64,000 bases of DNA from Octopus sinensis (GCF_006345805.1 NC_043000.1:25048001-25112000); one strand, 5' to 3'; shown: positions 45,414-58,245, counted from the first letter of the stretch. Numbers and translations: made by a program. Notes: a model not told the origin generated them from the letters alone.

Positions 45414-45985
45414 TTAACCCCTTAATGGATTATCCTGAGTTTACTTGTGCATCGCAAATGTATCTTTTTAGAACCAGACGAGTATACTCGGTCAAAATTA
45501 ACTTTTAATTTTAGCACTCAAACGAGTTTATTTGTTTTGTGTCGTTTCATTTTTGAGCAATCATGAATTTACTCGTGGAAAAAATTTACGTGGGAAAAAA
45601 TATTATAAAAAAGTATTTTTTTCCTTTGATGGATTTGGCTATCTGGAATGCTTATGTTTTGTAGAAAGCATCTTTGGAAACTTCAGCTTCTGCTATGAAA
45701 GCACTGAAATTTAGAATGCAAATAGTCACCAATATTATTGAAAAATATTGGCCCTTATTGCCTCCTACGAAACCAGGAAGACTATCATCGATCACACATC
45801 CAACAAAATTTGCCCCAGTTAGTCACTTTCCCATGGAAATACCACAAGTGATAAGAAAAAGAACCCTGCAAAACAGTGTGCAAAATGCACAGAGAAGAGA
45901 GATGCTAAAGGAAAGAAGATTCGAAGAGAAAGCAGATACATGTGTGTAACTCCTTGTTTTAAAAATTATCATTCTATATAAATTG
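45414..45985 (+). pseudogene. piggyBac transposon remnant (TTAA-CCC left end, C-terminal transposase fragment)
   Basis: KYYKKVFF/LMDLAIWNAYVL*..LKFRMQIVTNII and Cys-rich tail KQCAKCTEK..IRRESRYMCVTPCFKNYHS. Confidence 0.8.
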
Positions 45986-46294
45986 TCTATCTCATTTTTT
46001 AAAAATTTTCCTTTGATTTAAAATCAATACATCTTATAATAAATCAAAGAAAGTTAAGTTATATATATTTTTTCAATGTTCAAGCTAACTCATTTAAATC
46101 CAAATGAGTAAAAGTACATTTTAATTTCTATAATAAAAAATAAAGGAAACAAAAAAAAATTTTTCTATAATTAACACAGGAAATTAAAAAAGGAAATAAA
46201 AGCCCCTAAACTGAGCATATGAGGGACCAGAACATAACTTTTCTGATGAAGAGTTGGTTATTGGCAGTAGATTACATGATTATTACCCAGCCAT

Positions 46295-46530
46295 CATCAT
46301 CATCATCATCATCATTTAACGTCTGCTTTCCATGCTGGCATGGGTTGGACGATTTGATTGAAAACTGGTTAGCCAGGGAGTTGCACTAGGTTCCAGTCTG
46401 ATTTGGCAAGGTTTCTACAGCTGGATGCCCTTCCTAAGACCAAACACTCCAAGAGTGGAGTGGGTGCTTTTTATATGCCACTGGCACATGTGCCATTGAC
46501 GTGACACTGGCATTGGCCACGATTATGATC
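46295..46530 (-). mobile_element. RTE 3' terminal fragment
   Basis: Family match. Confidence 0.8.
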
Positions 46531-46606
46531 CAGTTGAAAGAAAAAGGTTATCATCAATAAAAAAAAAAAATTACAAAGATCAAAATAAGGAAAACGATAC
46601 AGATAG

Positions 46607-47022
46607 GTGTAGGAGTGGCTGTGTGGTAAGTAGCTTGCTTACCAACCACATGGTTCCAGGTTCAGTCCCAATGCGTGGCACCTTGGGCAAGTGTCTTCTA
46701 CTATAGTCTTGGGCCAACCAAAGCCTTGTGAGTGGATTTGGTAGACAGAAAAAAGCCCGTCGTATATATGTATATATGTGTGTGTGGTGTGTGTGTGTGT
46801 GTGTGTATGTTTGTGTGTCTGTGTTTGTCCCCGCAACATCAATTGACAACCAATGCTGGTGTGTTTATGTCCCCATAACTTAGCAGTTCAGCAAAAAGTG
46901 ACCGATAGAATAAGTGCTAGGCTTACAAAGAATAAGTCCTGGGGTCAATTTGCTTGACTAAAGACGGTGCTCCAGCATGGGCACAGTCAAATGACTGAAA
47001 CAAGTAAAAGAGTAAAGAGTAA
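46607..47022 (+). mobile_element. SINE family A, full length
   Basis: Family match. Confidence 0.9.
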
Positions 47023-47344
47023 AGAGATAGTTGACCAAGTCATGGACAATAGTGGAAGAAATGCTATCATGAGCAACCACTTAGTGTACATTGCAACAGT
47101 GGGAAAGACACAGAGTGAAAATATCAAAATCTCAAAAGACAGAAAGAGAACCATGGTGGGAAAGGAGACAGCAGGGACAGATAGACTAGTTGCAAAATGA
47201 TCTTGCGAGGGTAGAGATTCTTAGCAATGGGGGTAAAATATAAACAAGATTCTATGAAGCAATCCAAAGAAAGTATTGGGTGACACAGAAAGGATAGAGA
47301 AGAATTAAACCAATGGAAGAATTAAAACAAAGGATGTTCTTTCC

Positions 47345-47555
47345 TACTCTAGGCACAAGGCCCGAAATTTGGTGGGAGGGGGCCAATTGATTAGATCAAC
47401 CCCAGTACACAACTGGTACTTAATTTATTGACCCCCGTGAGGATGAAATGCAAAGTCGACCTTAGTGGAATTTGAACTCAGAACATAAAGACAGACGAAA
47501 TACCGCTAAGCATTTCATCTGGCATGCTAACGTTTCTGCCAGCTTGCAGCCTTTA
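47345..47555 (-). mobile_element. SINE family B
   Basis: Family match. Confidence 0.85.
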
Positions 47556-48189
47556 AGACAAAGGATATTGATATAGACATAGATAACCTGTTGGTCCTCC
47601 TACTCATGACCACCTCCATGCTTCTACCATGAGTTTTGCAACTGTAAAGACTAGGAAAGGAAATGGGATGGTATCTGGCTAAGTAGTTAGCGTATTTAGA
47701 TCATGACCGTGAGGTTGTTAGTTCAATCCCCAGTGGTGTGATGTATTTTTGAACAAGATACTTTATTTGTATCAGGAGAATTACCCTTCATAGGACAATT
47801 CCCCCTGATGACAGCTAACTCCCCGCAGAACAATTACCCTCCTTGGTTAATTACCCTCCCTTCCAACATATTAAGAAGTTTTAAATCATCTGTTGTCCTT
47901 GTGGGGGGGGGGTGCGTTATTGTCCATGGGGCGGTAAACGTCACTTTATTTCACATTGCTCCAGCTTGCTGCCTTAGTAATCTTTTCTATCAGAGGCACA
48001 AAAGCTGAAATTTTTGGTGGGGTGAGCTGGGAGAAAGATGGTTATGTTGCTCAGCTGTTTCATTGATCCTGAAAGGATGAATGTCAAAGACAATTTCAAT
48101 GGCATCTGAACTCGAATGCAAAGCAGGAAGAAATAACACTAAGCATTTTTGTCCAGCATGCCATTGATACTGCCAACTTGCTGCTCTAT

Positions 48190-48931
48190 TATTATAATTA
48201 TTATTACCTCCACCTTACGAAGGTGGAGGTTTTGTTTTCAGTCATGTTTGTTTGTTTGTTCGTTTGTCCGTGGACAAGATATCTCGAGAACCACTGGATA
48301 GATTCAAATGAAATTTTCAGGGATGTTTGGCCTTGTGACTGGCACAAACTGATTAGATTTTGGGATAGATCTGGTACCGGACAAGGATTCTGGATTATTT
48401 TTCCCGTCTTTTTTACTTAATTTTTGAGAGTAGCCGGGTTCATTTTTAGTATTCTTGTTTGTGAGAACAATCAGATTTATTTCAGACTAGCAGTATCGCC
48501 CGGCGTTGCTCAGGTTTGTAAGGGAAATAACTATAAAGCATTTTTAGAGAGTTATAGCAAAAAAATAGCAAAAAAATGATGGTAAATTTTTTTTGAGAGT
48601 TAAAAAGGTCGAGTTGCGTCCCCTAGACCATCTGTGGTTTGTGTTTCTGATTGTCGACCCCATGTCGAATTTATCAATCTTTTTCAGAACTGGGGGAACT
48701 TTTCAAAATTTTCGCTGCGTTAGTTTTGAATTATGACATTGGGCTATGTGTGTGTCAAGTTTCATCGGAATCGGTTGAAAGCCGTGGTCAGGGTGAGGGT
48801 ACAACCTAACAGACACACAGACACGCACACAGACAAACTGCCGTTTATATAGAGAGAGATATTCTCATTTTAAAAATCATCTCCAGTTTATCATTGAGAG
48901 GATGTTGGAGGTTTGTGCTCTCTGAGTGCTC

Positions 48932-48935
<4 letters not shown>
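48190..48935 (+). mobile_element. Helentron-associated (HINE/DINE-1-like) element with nested insertion
   Basis: 5' hairpin cctccacc-ttacgaa-ggtggagg, (GTTT)n microsatellite and 3' ggaggtttgtgctctctgagtgc. Confidence 0.6.
48486..48860 (+). mobile_element. Lep1-like non-autonomous Helitron nested in the previous element
   Basis: Starts ACTAGCAGTATCGCCCGGCGTTGCTC and ends cagacacacagac..gtttatatagagagagat. Confidence 0.65.
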
Positions 48936-48986
<51 letters not shown>

Positions 48987-49036
48987 TACTACTACTACTA
49001 TTACTATTATTATTATTACTATTATTATTATTACTA

Positions 49037-49090
<54 letters not shown>

Positions 49091-49430
49091 CGTGTGAGAG
49101 AACAATGCATGCCATCAAAGTGACACTGGGGCACAAAGATGCGAATCCAAGTATAACCATCATGACTACCCATCTGATAAGGGTACACCAGGCACATGCA
49201 TCACAACTATATGTGTGTGACATGGTGATCTCATATCAAGATAAGCAGCACATGACCTTGCAGGTGGGGCCCAGTTAGGATTTTCTTCAGGTCGAGTAAC
49301 CCATGAAACTCAAAAGATCCCTGAATAAGGTTTGTTTTGAGAATGATGAACACCCATGTTTCCAGAGGTGAATTATTCAAACCCCAAAGAATTCCTCTCA
49401 ATACATGGCTAGGATGTTTCCCACCACTAA
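48935..49430 (-). repeat. (AAT)n/(AGT)n microsatellite (48935-49090) abutting an unclassified interspersed sequence, probably a retroelement 3' end
   Basis: The microsatellite is read directly; the adjacent sequence cannot be classified from this window. Confidence 0.5.
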
Positions 49431-49469
49431 TTCTAGTGGTAAAAACACTAAAAATAATAATGATTTTTT

Positions 49470-49686
49470 TTATCTTTTACTCTTTTACTTGTTTCAGTCA
49501 TTTGACTGTAGCCATGTCAGAGCACCACTTTTAGTTGAACAAATCAATCCCAGGACTTATTCTTTGTAAGCCTAGTACTTATTTTATCAGTCTCTTTTGC
49601 CGAACTGCCATGTTACAGGGATGTAAGCACACCAACATTGGTTGTCAAGTGATGGTGGTGGGGACAAACACAGACACACAAATACA

Positions 49687-49721
<35 letters not shown>

Positions 49722-50098
49722 TAATATGACAGGCTTCTTTCAGTCTCTATCTACCAAATCTACTCATAAGAAATTTGGCCAAGGTACCATGCAATAGGAT
49801 TGAACCCAGAACCATGTGGTTGGAAAGCAAGCTTCTTACCACACACCCGCTCCTGTGCCTATAACAAAAATAATAACATTTTTTGAACTCGAAGGAATGA
49901 CAAAGGAAAATATAAACAAGCAATTACTTAATAAAGAAGCAGGAGTGGGTGTGTAGTAAGAAGCTTGCTTCCCAACCATATGGTTCTGGGTTCAGTCACA
50001 CTGCGTGGCACCTTGGACAAGTGTCTTCTACTATAGTCTTGGGCCAACCAAAGCCTTGTGAGTGGATTTGGTAGATGGAAACTGAAAGAAGCCCGTCG

Positions 50099-50140
<42 letters not shown>

Positions 50141-50355
50141 TGTATGTGTGTTTGAGTGTCTGTGTTTGTCCCTTCACCATCGCTTCACAACCGGTGTTGG
50201 TGTGTTTACATCCCCGTAACTTAGCAGTTCGGCAAAAGACATCGATAGAATAAGTACTAGGCTTACAAAGAATAAGTCCTGGGATCGATTTGTTCGACTA
50301 AAGGCAGTGCTCCAGCATGGCTGCAGTCAAATGACTGAAACAAATAAAAGAATAA
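49470..50355. mobile_element. Inverted pair of SINE A copies (- 49470-49858; + 49937-50355)
   Basis: Family matches, head-to-head with an ~80-bp gap. Confidence 0.85.
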
Positions 50356-51039
50356 GCTGAAAACGAAGGAAAACAAAAAAAAAAGATAAAAAAAACACAT
50401 GTTAAAAAATAACAAATAAACAAACATTAGAAAAAACCCAATAATAATAAATTAAATAACATTTTGCATAAATCCACCTAAAATCTAACTGTAGATGAAT
50501 AACAGAAAATATGTTAACAGTCACAGATTAAAAAGCCATAGTTTTATGATGCCAAAGTCTTCTAATTAATTCTTTGGTTAAAGAATTCTTTCTTGCTTTG
50601 GTGAATAATGAATTTGCTAAAATAACCATACATTTCATTGTTCAATACTTGATCACAGGGCGGAAAATCAATCACAGAGATTTATAAATGTTTATTGATT
50701 AAATGCCTGATCCATCACTTTCGACCTGCGTCACCGATTCTTTATCACAATATATTGTTTGCAGCCGATGTTTTTCTTACAATTATTTATATTTTACAAG
50801 CTGTGGAATTTGGTAAAGTTGTGGGGAGAGGAGAGAGTTTGTTATTTTTCTGTGAATTTGTACTAACAAACAATGTAGCCTTGTTTTTTTTTTCTTTTTT
50901 TTTTTTGGTTTTTGAAATATTGATAAGGTGTTAGGCATTTCATGAATATGAGAGCTAATCGGATTAAGAACATTGACCAATTCCGTCACCTCAGCAAGAT
51001 TCTGTTTTCTTGGATTAAGAATTAGATTCCTTCTACACT

Positions 51040-51423
51040 GTTTGTGTATGTGTGTATGTGTGGGTGGGTATATATGTATATATATGTGTGTGTATATGTA
51101 TGTGTGTACATATATATATATATACGTGTGTGTGTGTGTATATGTGTATCTATATATGTATATAGATTGATAGATACATGTATATATATATGTGTATGTG
51201 TGTGTATATGTATTTATATATGCATGTATGTGTATAAACACACACATACACACACATGTATGTATATACATATACATGGATATCATTGTTTTAACAATGA
51301 TAATATATGCAATACGTATACAAACACACATATATATATATATACACAGATATATAGATTCATATAATCATTATTAATGTGAGTGTGTGTGCGTGTGTGT
51401 ATTTCTATGTATATGTGTGTGTG

Positions 51424-51455
<32 letters not shown>

Positions 51456-51690
51456 AATAGGTATGTATGTATACACACACACACTCACATATATATATAT
51501 ATATATACACATACATACATGCATACATATGTGTGTGTGTGTATACATATATTTGTTTTACAATACTAACATGAATTATGCAAATACCTCTTCACACACA
51601 CACATGCACACACATACATAAACACTTAAACACATAAACACCCACACAGACACTCTACACACACACCTACACACACACCTACACACACAC
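51040..51690. repeat. Compound TA/TG/CA microsatellites
   Basis: Direct reading. Confidence 0.9.
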
Positions 51691-52335
51691 ACGGAGAACC
51701 AGAAGCCAACATAGACATCTACCAGATTCATGTCTACAACATTTGTACTTTAAATTCTAAATATAATCCAAGACAGGAAATTATTTTTATTTGTTACTCT
51801 CTGTTTTCCATCATATTTATATCTACAATTCATCCAGCCATTAAACCGACCGACCGACCTGACCCACCCACCACCTATCCATCCACCCACCACCAATCCA
51901 TCCACCCCTCCTCCTCCTCTTCCACAAACTCACGCAGAGAATTCAAAACGTAAGCGTATATGTATGAACTAATACCATTATTCGTCATCATCATCATCAT
52001 CATCTTCATCATTTAACGTCCATTGTTCATGCTGATGATGATGATGATGATACACAATGGGCTTATACACAGTTTGTGTCTACCAAATCCACTCACAAGG
52101 TTTTGGCTGTCTTAGGGCCATAGCAGAAGACACTTGCCCAACGTGTTATGAAGTCGTGAAATGAAACACAAAGCAATGTGACTTCCAAGTAAGCATCTTA
52201 ACTACACAGTCATGTCTATATCATAAGTGACAGTAAATATAAATTACAATAGTCATCTGTGTATCATACTTAAAATATATACACTGTCAATAAGACAGTT
52301 ATCACAGCATTTGTCCCCTGAGATAACATCCTTAC

Positions 52336-52490
52336 AAACTTCTCTATTAGAGAAAGAGGAAAATTCAATTCCAGCAGCCACCAGAGAGAAAACCAGATGT
52401 ATTTCAGTTTCTTTAGGCTTTTTCAGTGGAACATGCTCACAGCCAGCCACATGTTTGGAGGAGAAATCATCATCTCTGACGTTGGAAAAA
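52336..52490 (-). CDS. Candidate internal exon of an unidentified gene (155 nt)
   Basis: Non-repetitive island with acceptor ttttatttAG and donor GTAAGG; open frame FSNVRDDDFSSKHVAGCEHVPLKKPKETEIHLVFSLVAAGIEFSSFSNREV. No homology recognised. Confidence 0.25.
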
Positions 52491-52589
52491 CTAAATAAAA
52501 CATTCACTGATGTAGCAAATAACTGCCCAGCTGAATAAAACTCTGGTATATGCAATTGAGGCAGCAATTAATTAAAATAGTCTTCCATG

Positions 52590-52995
52590 ACACAGCCATG
52601 GCTGTGTGGTAAGAAGCTCGCTTATCAACCATATGGTTCTGGGTTCAGTCCTATAGCACGGCACCTTGGATTCTGTTATAGCCTTTGGCTAACCAAAGCC
52701 TTGTGAGTGGATTTAGTAGATGGAAACTGAGAGAAGCTCATCATCATCATCATCATTTAATGTGTGTGGATGTGTGTGTGTGTGTCTTAGTGTCTGTATT
52801 TGTCCCCTGTCGCCACGTGACAACTGGTGTTGGTGTGTTTATATCCCTGTAACTTAGTGGTTCTGCAAAAGGGACCAACAGAATAGATATTTTTAAAAGA
52901 TCAGTAGTGGGGTTGATTCATTTAGCTAAAAATTCTTCAGGACAATGCCCCAGCATGGCCACAGTCTAGTGATTAAAGCAAGTAAAAAATAAAAG
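52590..52995 (+). mobile_element. SINE family A, diverged
   Basis: Family match. Confidence 0.8.
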
Positions 52996-53029
52996 ATATG
53001 TATCACACTTAATATATATACACAGTTGA

Positions 53030-53236
53030 TAGCCCCTGTTACTGCAGTATTTGACTTGAGATAACATCTCCTATGGACATGCTGTGTTAAAAACACAATA
53101 AATATCAGAGGAACTCATCCTAGCAGTAACCAGTGAAAATGCTAGATGTATGTCAGCCTTTAGGGGCCTTTTCAATGACACATGACATCCATAAGAGATG
53201 TTATCTCAGTATAAGTTCTGTAGTAATTGGCCTATG
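53030..53236. mobile_element. MITE-like inverted-repeat element (~205 bp)
   Basis: gagataacatctcctatgga vs tccataagagatgttatctc (19/20 as inverted repeat), extending to gttactgcag / ctgtagtaat. Confidence 0.55.
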
Positions 53237-53754
53237 AATGATGTATATACATTAAGTATGATACATAATTAGCAATTTTAGCTTAATACTGCCAAAGTTT
53301 TGCACACCATAATAGAAGAATATTTATCCAAGGAGAGATAATCTCCACTGTTAGATAACTTTGAAGATCGGGTTGTTCAACTTTTGTATCCTCTTGTGGT
53401 TCTTATGCACTTATAGATATTAAGCTGATAACTTGTATTTTAAGAACTAACATATGTCTAAAGGGTCCTATTTAAAGAGAATATCTTCCAAAGTTAAAAG
53501 TTAAGAGGAGAGAATTGATAGAAGATAATACAGCACATGGTTTTTGGAATAAAATCTGTGCAGATATCAGTAAATAAAAAATTCTGTTTTAATATGAATG
53601 GTAAAAGTTTCTTTGAAGAAAGCAAAATTAAAATGATTATTTCTGCCTCAAATCAATGTTTAATGGGCCTGTAAAAAAGAAAGAGTTTTGGGGGAAAATA
53701 ATGAAATATAAATATAATTGGGCAACTGAAAAAAAGGTCCCACCCCTCACTGAA

Positions 53755-54118
53755 AAACATACATACATGCATGCATGCATACATACATACATACATACAT
53801 ACGTACATACATATATACACACATACACACATGACAGAGCTTTGCATCTTTGAAAGAAACAAGTTCCTCTTTCTGCAGAGGAAGAATCTAAATAATTAAA
53901 AACAGAAGAGAATATACAATATATATATACGTGTGTATATATATATATATATAATATATATATACATATATATATACACATATATATATACATATACACA
54001 TATATACATATATATATATGCATATATATACATATATATACATATATATATATACACACAATATATATACATATACACATATATATACATATATATATAT
54101 ACATATATATATATTTAC

Positions 54119-54158
<40 letters not shown>

Positions 54159-54374
54159 ATATTTATACACATAAATACATATGTATGCATATATGTATGT
54201 ATGTATGTCAGAGGAAACAGCTAGAGTGTAAAATGAAAGGAAATTATGTATGTATATATATGAACTGGTTTTTGTTTTTCTTGTTGCATTGTGGTGGTGG
54301 TGGTGGCAGCAGTGGTGGTGGTGGTGAGGATGATAGTGATTATGATAATAATGGTGGTGGTGGTGGCGGTAGTG

Positions 54375-54440
<66 letters not shown>

Positions 54441-54689
54441 TCATTGATGTTGGTGATAAGATTGTTCTTGATAGCAATGCTGCTGGTGTTTGTGTTTCTG
54501 ATATTGTGCTTGGCGGTGTGGTTGTGTTTATATTGTAGCAGCAGCAGCAGCAGTAGCAGCAGCAGCAGTAGCAGCAGCAGCAGGAGTAGTAGTTTGTAGT
54601 GATATAAATGTAGGTATACTTATAGCTGTTATTAGTATTCACTATCGTAGTAGTTGTGCTGTAGGGGTGATTGTGCTTTGCTGTTGTTG

Positions 54690-54721
<32 letters not shown>

Positions 54722-54725
54722 GGTA
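53755..54725. repeat. TA/TACA microsatellites followed by (GGT)/(GAT)/(GCA)/(GTT) trinucleotide runs
   Basis: Direct reading. Confidence 0.9.
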
Positions 54726-55052
54726 TTATTGAATTCGATAGTGCTGGTGTAGGTCAAAGCGACAGTGTACATTATAACTTTAATCCAACTAATATACAAT
54801 TCTTTTCCCTCCGAGCTTCACCCCAAGACCATTCAACTCACAACTGTCTCTCTCTATTCATCCTACCCAACTCTGGTCACCATGGCCACCTCTCCAGAGC
54901 ATCGGTCATCTGGAACTTCTTCTCTGTCTATAATTTTTTTATAGAACTGGAAGCATTCATACTACATTTACAAGCATTATTAATCAGGAACTAACTCTAA
55001 GGGAACAATTTTCAGCCTTTTCCAATTTGTGACACACTAAATAAGGCTCTAG

Positions 55053-55315
55053 TGGAGGCATGCGGCTTAGTGGTTAGGGTGTTGGACTCATGATTGTAAG
55101 ATTGTGGTTTCGATTCCTGGACCAGGCAATGTGTTGTGTACTTGAGCAAGACACTTCATTTCACATTGCTCCAGTCCACTCATCTGGCAAAAATGAGTAA
55201 TCTTGCGATGGACTGGTGACCCATTCAGGTGGGGAATACATATGCCATGGAAACTGGGAAACTGGCCCTTTTGAGTCTACATGGCTCGAGAAGGGAACTT
55301 CACTTTTACCTTTGA
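55053..55315 (+). mobile_element. tRNA-SINE: head D plus tail E
   Basis: A box cggcttagtggttag, B box ggtttcgattcc; core as at 9980 and 16397, with a different tail. Confidence 0.85.
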
Positions 55316-55431
55316 ATAAGAATCGTAGTAGGGTTGTTTCTGTGCTCAAATGTAACTATGTAAGAATGTAACTTGAGCAAAGCATTACCAATTTTAGCAT
55401 GTTACCAAATGAATACCTTTGCAGATGAGTA

Positions 55432-55860
55432 CCCGCTTGTCGTTGGTTGTGGGGCTTGTGTGTCTACATGACTATGAGAGCTATGCTGGTGAGAGATTTG
55501 TCTCCTGGTAGGGGCACCCAAGCCAGACAGGTCGAAGGTTGAGACCAGATGAAGAGTACTCAACTGGTTTTCCAGGTTGGGGGTTTAGCATTGGGCTAAC
55601 AACTTGGTCTAGTTAAAAAAAAACATATCTGTTACAGAAACTGCAATGGCACTCCCAAATGATGTGGTCAAGGAAGAGTCCTCTTCGGTAGAGTACATGA
55701 CACGAGCAGGTGAGAGCCTTCAAGAGGTGAGGGGAGCCGGAATGACGTGGACTGAGCTGAAGAGGATCCCCCAGAACCGTGTCTGTTGGAAAAATGTTGT
55801 TGCAGCCCTATGATCCATGAGGAATCAAGGGGCCTAAGAGAAGAAGAGAAGACCAAATAA
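55432..55860 (+). mobile_element. Bipartite (internally deleted) RTE: 5' UTR joined to 3' end
   Basis: The 5' part gagagctatgctgg..ctcctggtaggggcaccc..ccagacaggtcgaagg..ccaggttggggg..gggctaacaac resembles RTE 5' UTRs. The 3' part encodes AGMTWTELKRIPQNRVCWKNVVAAL. Confidence 0.65.
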
Positions 55861-56404
55861 TACACAATTCGGAAAGTCATTGGAACAGTTGCATCTGTGA
55901 GGCATTGAGAAAATACATTAGAAGGCTGTATTAGAACAAACATCATAATTTATTTGGGTTGCAACGAGAGTGGAAAATTGTTGTGTGCAGGAGTGAAGGA
56001 AGGCCATTGGACTTACTATTACACAAATGGGTAGAAGCACACTGCGATAAAGGTAGGAAGAAATTTGAACAGGCAGGTTCCGTCCATAGAGAATAAAGGG
56101 ATTTACTATATGAGCTTAATGTACTCCCAAAGTTTATGATGTTAAATCAGCGAAATAACACAGCTGTTCATGGCGAAGTAATGTACTCTTGTTGAAGTCT
56201 TCTGCTAACTGCTGGCTGACTGACTGGAACAGAATCCTTTTCTGGATGGATGATGCTGTATTTATAGCTATGTGATCAGCCCCAATTGGCAGTAGCTACC
56301 AAAGCACAACTGTGCTAATCTGCAACAAGAAACTAGCACTTCCTTGACTCATTACAGATTAAAAAAACATTGTGAAATGCCATCAACATTTTCAAAGTTT
56401 TATT

Positions 56405-56555
56405 CTTTTCTACTCTGGGCACAAGGCACAAAGTTTTTGGGGAGGGGGCCAGTCGATTAGATTGACCCCATTACACAACTCATACTTAATTCATCGACCC
56501 CGAAAGGATGAAAGGCAAAGTTGATCTCAGCAGAATTTGAACACAGAACATAAAG
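56405..56555 (-). mobile_element. SINE family B fragment
   Basis: Family match. Confidence 0.8.
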
Positions 56556-56600
56556 ACAGATGAAAGTTTTATTACAAACAAAATGAGAATTAAAATTGCC

Positions 56601-56833
56601 TTAACCCTTTTGGTACCAATCCTCATAGAACTGCCCTGATTCTATGATAGAAATATTTTGCTTTAAAGTGACATAAATTTTAAACTTCTTCCATTTAAAT
56701 TTTCTGTTAATTTATGTTCTAAACACCTGCTAACCAATGACAAAGTTATTTTGGTAAATTCTTCATTATTTTCAAAGGTAATTGAAACAAGGGCAGTGTC
56801 TTTCCACAGAAATATGGTAACAAAGGAGTTTAA
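56601..56833. mobile_element. TTAA-bounded piggyBac-like MITE
   Basis: ttaaccctttt...aaaggagtttaa; homologous to 23865-24339. Confidence 0.65.
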
Positions 56834-56895
56834 ACAAGGATGGCAGGGATGATGGTGGTGGTGGTGGTGGTGATGGTGGTGGTGATGGTGGTATT

Positions 56896-56930
<35 letters not shown>

Positions 56931-57989
56931 TAGTAAGCAGTAGTATTAGTTAGCAGTAGTATTAGTAAGCAGTAGTATTAGTAAGTAGTAGTATTAGTAA
57001 GTAGTAGTAGTAGTGGTAAGTAGTAGTAGTAGTAGTAGTCGCAGATGTGGGAGCAGTAAGTATCCCATGAACTATGTAGAGAATTGGAACCAGTCAAAGC
57101 TGAAGAATTCTTCTGGCCCTGAAGGGAAAGGTCAGTCTTTTGGAAGCTGGTTTAGACATGTTTTGTGAATGTGAACCAACCATGCAAAAATATTTAATGA
57201 TAGTAATGCCTGCTAAGCATATTAGGGGCTTGGATTGGATATTGACCCCTTTTAAGGAGCATAAGGTTTAGAGGTAAGGGCATACCTGCAATGGTTGCAT
57301 GATACCATTTAAGAAGACAAAAGAGTAAAAGTTCTACGTGGTTAATGCCTGCATCACCATTATTGTTGTCGCCATCTCCATCATCATCATCATAATCATC
57401 ATCATCTCCATCATCATCATCATCATCATCACTGCCATCACCACCATCATCAGCAGCAGAGGCAGCATTAGCAGCAGCATCACCAGTTGCTGATGTAACA
57501 GTGGCAGCAGCAACAGCAACAATAACATCATTATTATCATCACCATCACCATCATCATCATCATTATTGTTATTCTCTTCCTCAGGATGCTTGGTCAATA
57601 TCTCAAAATTCTAAGTGATGGTCATAAATGGAATAAAATAAGAACGAAGGCAAATTTTTTTTAAATGTGGGGAAAAAACGGTAACAAAAAAAAAATGGAA
57701 TATTGGTGGAGATAATATTAACATAAGGAACATTGTAAAGAAAAAGTTGGAAAAAAGTTTTAAAAATTTGTAAAAAAGTTAATTAGAAAAAAAATAATTC
57801 AAAAAGATAATGAGAAGATAATGAGGTACATGAGGATTGAAAGATACTGAAAGAGTGTATAAAACTAATGATTATGAAGAAAAATGGAAAATTAATGGGA
57901 AAAACAGGAAAAATAAGCAGCAGAACAAAAGGGAATGAAAGACTATGATGCCAAAATACCTAAATATGGAAGGGAATTTTGGTAAAATC

Positions 57990-58245
57990 ATCATCATCAT
58001 CATCATCATTATCATTTAACATCTGTTTTCCATGCTGGCATGGTTGGATGGGTTGACAGCAGCTGAAAAGCCAGAGAACTGCCCCAGGCTCCAGTTGTCT
58101 GTTTTGGGATGGTTTCTACAGCTGGATGCTTTTCCTAATGTCAATCACTCTACAGAGTGCACTGGGTGCTTTTTACGTGGAACCAGCACCGGTACTTTAC
58201 ATGTGGCACCAGCATGGGCGCCTTTTACATGGCACCAGTACAAGA
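57990..58245 (-). mobile_element. RTE 3' end variant with 3 copies of the gtggcaccagca unit
   Basis: Links the RTE tail to the 26-bp minisatellites at 4.7 and 63.6 kb. Confidence 0.75.

Noticed and set aside
57066-57135. AG...GT-bounded open segment (NWNQSKLKNSSGPEGK)
   Set aside because: Weak acceptor context and no supporting evidence.
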